A DNA stretch of 64,000 bases, from assembly GCA_945898055.1 (NCBI GenBank), contig CAMDGV010000011.1, forward strand, positions 668 to 64,667. Direction: 5' to 3'. Made by a program: the position numbers and the translations under genes. This stretch comes from Akkermansia muciniphila (GTDB lineage: Bacteria; Verrucomicrobiota; Verrucomicrobiia; Limisphaerales; UBA9464). The notes beneath the pieces are model-generated. The model saw nothing but the letters and a program-made list of their open reading frames with translations. It searched no databases and was not told the origin of the DNA. Shown here in pieces: positions 59,679 through 64,000 of the stretch. Position 1 is the first letter of the stretch, and each line of letters opens with the position of its first letter.

Positions 59679-62600
59679 ATGAGGGTCTCGTTAATGACTC
59701 ATTTAAGGTTTTTCTGTAACGCGAAATCCCTTTTTTTGTGGGTCTTCTTATTTAGCTCCTTAGGTCTTCAAGCCCAATTGGCGGGAGTTGAGAATTTGGC
59801 TGCCGGCCAGCCGGTGGACGCTTCCGGGCCCTTGTGGACCGGCTTCGATGCGAGTGGGTTAGCCGATGGAAACCCAGCGACGTTCGCGCATCCATTGGAT
59901 GACAGCGGGTTATTAGGGTTTTATTTCGAGGTTGATTTGGGGAAGACCTATCGCTTGGAGCAGATCTTGATTCGGAATCGTGGGGACGGGTGTTGTCCGG
60001 AGCGGTTGAGTCATTATGGAGTTGAGATTTATGCCGATAATGGCGGAGAGACAGGGGCGCTAAATTGGTCGGCACTCATTCGGGCAGACGGTTCTAATTC
60101 GGGCGTAAGTGGCGTGGATAGGGTCAGTGGTGATTTGCATAAGGCTGGTACCTTTGGTGGTCGATTTATTCGGGTGGTCAATCGAGGTGGAGCGGCCTAC
60201 TCACCGCAATTAGCTGAGATTGAGGTGTACGGCGGGCAGACTCCGGTGATTCGATTGTTTGAGGCTGAGAAGGATACCCTTCGTGCAGGGGAAGGCGGGA
60301 CCCTTCGATGGGAAATAGCCAATGCAACACAGGCCTCCATGAGTTCGGGTATCGGACCCGTTGGAGTCACGCAGGGGACAGTCGCGATTCGTCCCTTAGT
60401 GACGACCCTCTATGAGCTCACTGCCAGTAATGAAGCGGGCAGCACCACGGTCCGATTGCGGGTGGGAGTGGATGTGGTTTTGGCACCGCCTCGGCTTACT
60501 GAGTTTGTGGCTGAGAACACCGCAGGACTACGAGATGAGGACGGTGAATTTTCGGACTGGATTGAGGTACAAAACACCAATGAATTTGGTTTAGAACTCG
60601 AAGGGTTTTATTTGACTGATGACGCGGCTGAACTGATTAAGTGGAGAGTGCCGAGTTTTCGGATTCCGGCGGGAGGTTTTTTTGTAATCTATGCTTCTGG
60701 GAAAGATCGGCAGAAACCGAGAAGTCAATTTCACACTAACTTTAAACTCAGTGGCGGCGGAGATTATTTGGGACTTGTTGATCGAGATGGGCGGACCGTA
60801 TTGCAGCAGTTTCCGGCAGAGTATCCAGCGACGAAGAACTACCCCGGACAAGTTCGGAATCTGAGCTATGGAATAGATTCGGGTGGGCGGGTAGGATTTA
60901 TGCGACCGCCTACGCCCTTGGGGACCAACGGAGTTACGGTACCCGGCTTTGTGGCGGACACGAAGTTTAGTCGAGACAGAGGATTTTACGACACGAACTT
61001 CACGGTAACTTTATCAACTGCGACACCTGGAGCGATGGTGCGATACACCACCAACCGGACTCTCCCCACCTCGAGTAGTGGTACGATTTATACTGGGCCC
61101 ATTGAGATCACCGGGACGACCATTTTAAGAGCAGCAGCGTTTAAGGAGGCATTAGCTTCGACCGACGTCGACACCCAGACTTACCTGTTTCCCACCAACG
61201 TAATTAACTCATCGGTGATGCGGCGATCGATCACAACGAACGTCGTCTACCAATCGCAAATGAAGGCTGGGTTATTAGAGTTGCCGAGTATTTCGTTGGT
61301 AACCACTGCGACGATTAACGGATCTATCGAGGTTAAAACGTCCTTCGAGTGGTTGAGATCGGATGGAGGCGAAAGCATTCAGGCTGACTGTGGAGTTCGA
61401 CTTTATGGGGGGGCCTACACTGATTTTGCGAAGAAAAGTTTTCGGATTTATTTCCGAAAAGAGTTCGGGATTTCGAAGCTGAAATATCCGCTTTTTGCAG
61501 GGCATGAACATGGACTCGCCGTGGCGGAAGAGTTTGATCAACTTGAGCTTCGATCCGGCTCGCACGATATGGAAATGAGGGGTTTCTATATGTCAAATAT
61601 CTGCACCGACGACACCCTATTAGAGATGGGGCGATTGAATCCGCACGGACGTTTTGTGCATTTGTATCTCAATGGAATCTATTGGGGTATTTATCATTTG
61701 CGAGAGCGTTGGGGGGCAGCGATGCATCAGCAATATTTTGGCGGATCATCGACCAACTATGAATCAATTAACGGGAATTTGAATGTTGGGGGCTGGTCAG
61801 ACGGCACCGTTTATGATGGAGACGGTTCGGTCTGGAAGAAGATCAAAAGTTTACGGAGTGACTATCAGGCGATTAAGAGTTGGTTGGATGTGCCGCAATT
61901 CACTGACTACATGATTATGTGGCTTTTTGGAGGTAGCGAAGATGAGTACCGGTGTGTTGGCCCGACGGTGCCTGGGAGTGGATTTAAGTTTTATCTCAAC
62001 GATGCGGACGGTTGGTTTTGTGTCCCAAATTACTGTGCGGCCGGTAATCGCACTGGACGCGGCGCACCCGGCAAACAGTCGGGGGATGGTCCGGGCAGTT
62101 TATTTTCGATGTTGTTGAAGCAAGGTGATCCGGACTATGTAACTTTGGTTGCGGATCGCATTCACGCGGCTCTTTTTAGCTCTGGGGCACTGACACCAGG
62201 TCGCGTTGCGGCCCGATTGACCCACCGAACAGATCAGATTGATCGCGCCTTTTTAGCTGAATCTGCGCGGTGGAATTATCTAACCCCGGCAGCGTGGTTG
62301 ACTCGGCGGAATTCTGTTTTGACATCGTGGTTACCAAATCGAACGGCAGAACTGGTGGGGCAACTCCGTTCGGCTGGAATTTATCCGTCCTTATCGGCTC
62401 CCATCTTAAGCAAACAAGGAGGAAGTGTGAACGAGGGTTTTGCTCTCCGTTTCTTGGGACCGCCGGGTGCGACGATTTGGTATACACTGGATGGGTCGGA
62501 TCCACGTTTACCGGGAGGAGCGATTGCGCCGGGTGCATTGCGGTATAGCACCGGTGGTAGCACGGAGGTACTGATACCGAGTGGTGCCAGTTGGCGTTGG

Positions 62601-64000
62601 TTTACGGATGCGGTGGGTCTCGGTGCGAGCGATATTGTGGCGGGTCACGCGAGTTGGACTGTCGCCCAGTGGAAACATCCAGACTTTGCTGATAAGAGCT
62701 GGAAGGAAGGTCGAGCGCAGTTAGGGTATGGGGAAGGAGACGAGGCATCAGTAATTCCGTTTGGGGAAGCGAACAACAAGTGGGTGACATCCTACTTTCG
62801 GCATCGGTTTACGCTGACCAATATTACTGGAATCACCGAGTTACTCTTGGGACTCAAGCGAGATGATGGAGCGATTGTGTATCTCAATGGTCAGGAAGCA
62901 GCTCGGATGTCGATGCGAGTTGGGGCGGTAATCGGTACAACTCCGGCCGAGTCGGCTGCCGACGATGGTCAGTCCTTCAGTACGATTTCGATTAGTCCTG
63001 GGCGGTTGCGTCTTGGGACAAATGTCGTCGCCGTGGAGCTTCATCAGTCGACCCCGACCACCAGCGACGCGAGCTTTGATCTCGAGTTGGGGATCACCCG
63101 AAGCGGCGCGGCGGAAGGAACCTTGGTGACCTTAAGTAAGAGTACGGCCATCAAGAGTCGCGCACAGAATGGTTCTAATTGGTCTGCGCTCAATGAGGCT
63201 TTCTTCCAGATTGGACCTGCGGCGGTGGAGGCTGGGGATATCGTGGTGAGTGAATTAGATTTTAATCCACTCGGCGAAGATGGGAGCGAGTCGTTAGTCT
63301 TGGCTAACATTTCGGAACATGCGGTTGATCTGCGAGGCGTTCGTTTCACGGAGGGGATCACTTTTGCTTTTTCAAGTTATCGCCCGATGATTCTTGCTCC
63401 AGGCCAGCGTCTTATTTTAGCCAATGACCTCTTTAAATTTCAGCAGCGGCACGGAATTGACATCCCAGTTGAAGGGGTCTTTAGAGGGAAATTAAGCAAC
63501 AAAGGAGAGCGAATCACCTTCGTGGATGCGACCGGTACACTGAGTCGTAGTTTCCATTACGAAACCAGAGCTCCTTGGCCAGAGGGGGCGGATGGAGGCG
63601 GCTTTAGTCTTGTCCTCGCGCATCTTGATTTGGGGCTCGATAACCCAAACGCGTGGCGCACGAGTGCAACGACTAACTCACTCCCCGGTCGGGTTGACGA
63701 GGTGGCTTTCGTGGGGAATCCGACCGAGGATATCGATGGAGATGGTCTACCGGCATTGCTTGAGTATGCGCTGGGCACTAGCGATAGGGATCCCGTTTCT
63801 GGGCCGAGTGCACTTCGTGGGGCCTGGATTGGAGAAAAAGATTTTGGTTTAAGCTTCAACCGAAACTTACGCACAAGGGGAGTCGTCTTGAGCGTTGAAT
63901 CCTCTTCGGATTTGCGTGGTTGGTCGGCGGCGGAATTAAAGTCGACCCAAACAACGGGTGCGGGATTAGCGGTGGAGACCTGGGGCGTCGCGGATCGAGG
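59679..64000 (+). CDS. Giant secreted protein, partial: F5/8-type-C (discoidin) domain, LTD modules and CotH domain. It is a paralog of 1332..7181 and runs off the window.
   Basis: It is not in the ORF track because no stop occurs before the window end. An in-frame TGA at 59673 precedes the ATG at 59679. I read MRVSLMTHLRFF... (signal), FYFEVDLGKTYRLEQILIRNRGDGCCPERL (discoidin-like), LTEFVAENTAGLRDEDGEFSDWIEVQNT (LTD), KKSFRIYFRKEFGISKLKYPLF and FVHLYLNGIYWGIYHLRER (CotH), and DIDGDGLPALLEY. The frame was checked at four positions. Confidence 0.8.
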   Translation, partial: MRVSLMTHLRFFCNAKSLFLWVFLFSSLGLQAQLAGVENLAAGQPVDASGPLWTGFDASGLADGNPATFAHPLDDSGLLGFYFEVDLGKTYRLEQILIRNRGDGCCPERLSHYGVEIYADNGGETGALNWSALIRADGSNSGVSGVDRVSGDLHKAGTFGGRFIRVVNRGGAAYSPQLAEIEVYGGQTPVIRLFEAEKDTLRAGEGGTLRWEIANATQASMSSGIGPVGVTQGTVAIRPLVTTLYELTASNEAGSTTVRLRVGVDVVLAPPRLTEFVAENTAGLRDEDGEFSDWIEVQNTNEFGLELEGFYLTDDAAELIKWRVPSFRIPAGGFFVIYASGKDRQKPRSQFHTNFKLSGGGDYLGLVDRDGRTVLQQFPAEYPATKNYPGQVRNLSYGIDSGGRVGFMRPPTPLGTNGVTVPGFVADTKFSRDRGFYDTNFTVTLSTATPGAMVRYTTNRTLPTSSSGTIYTGPIEITGTTILRAAAFKEALASTDVDTQTYLFPTNVINSSVMRRSITTNVVYQSQMKAGLLELPSISLVTTATINGSIEVKTSFEWLRSDGGESIQADCGVRLYGGAYTDFAKKSFRIYFRKEFGISKLKYPLFAGHEHGLAVAEEFDQLELRSGSHDMEMRGFYMSNICTDDTLLEMGRLNPHGRFVHLYLNGIYWGIYHLRERWGAAMHQQYFGGSSTNYESINGNLNVGGWSDGTVYDGDGSVWKKIKSLRSDYQAIKSWLDVPQFTDYMIMWLFGGSEDEYRCVGPTVPGSGFKFYLNDADGWFCVPNYCAAGNRTGRGAPGKQSGDGPGSLFSMLLKQGDPDYVTLVADRIHAALFSSGALTPGRVAARLTHRTDQIDRAFLAESARWNYLTPAAWLTRRNSVLTSWLPNRTAELVGQLRSAGIYPSLSAPILSKQGGSVNEGFALRFLGPPGATIWYTLDGSDPRLPGGAIAPGALRYSTGGSTEVLIPSGASWRWFTDAVGLGASDIVAGHASWTVAQWKHPDFADKSWKEGRAQLGYGEGDEASVIPFGEANNKWVTSYFRHRFTLTNITGITELLLGLKRDDGAIVYLNGQEAARMSMRVGAVIGTTPAESAADDGQSFSTISISPGRLRLGTNVVAVELHQSTPTTSDASFDLELGITRSGAAEGTLVTLSKSTAIKSRAQNGSNWSALNEAFFQIGPAAVEAGDIVVSELDFNPLGEDGSESLVLANISEHAVDLRGVRFTEGITFAFSSYRPMILAPGQRLILANDLFKFQQRHGIDIPVEGVFRGKLSNKGERITFVDATGTLSRSFHYETRAPWPEGADGGGFSLVLAHLDLGLDNPNAWRTSATTNSLPGRVDEVAFVGNPTEDIDGDGLPALLEYALGTSDRDPVSGPSALRGAWIGEKDFGLSFNRNLRTRGVVLSVESSSDLRGWSAAELKSTQTTGAGLAVETWGVADR

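Overview
The gene content points to a chromosomal segment from a PVC-superphylum bacterium (Verrucomicrobiota or Planctomycetota). It carries DUF1501, DUF1080, DUF2723, tandem CRTAC1/ASPIC-UnbV proteins and two giant CotH plus lamin-tail-domain proteins. These sit among ordinary housekeeping genes: gap, hemB, xylB, coaD, plsY-gpsA, leuB, trpF, hprK and kdsC-lptC-lptA-lptB. Backbone GC is about 50% by my own spot counts on single 60-nt lines.

The main signal is a roughly 13.4 kb GC-richer island at 16624-30030. It lies exactly between the stop codons of the convergent genes coaD and a HAD hydrolase gene. All its credible genes are on the + strand. It is bounded and subdivided by a 25-42 bp repeat that I cannot assign to a known family (core CTCCRCGTCAAAAAGCAATTTCCTAT as written on the + strand for minus-oriented copies).

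The island contains three things. First, a decayed IS110-family transposase C-terminal fragment between a ~41 bp inverted pair of the repeat. Second, a tightly coupled four-gene operon: a SulP/STAS anion transporter, DabA (DUF2309, beta-carbonic-anhydrase-like metal ligands intact) and two NuoL/Mrp-type antiporter-like subunits. I read this as an acquired DAB-type inorganic-carbon pump with a non-canonical gene order and an extra, divergent membrane subunit. Third, a 1456-aa GT4-GT4-GT2-TPR glycosyltransferase that forms a single-gene unit, with its ATG inside a repeat copy.

A further copy of the repeat lies in a second GC-rich patch of gene debris at 8.9-10.0 kb. That patch holds a rarA-like pseudogene and a 223-codon frame broken by an in-frame TAA.

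I found no rRNA, tRNA or CRISPR array. All functional calls come from reading motifs in the translations; no database search was run.
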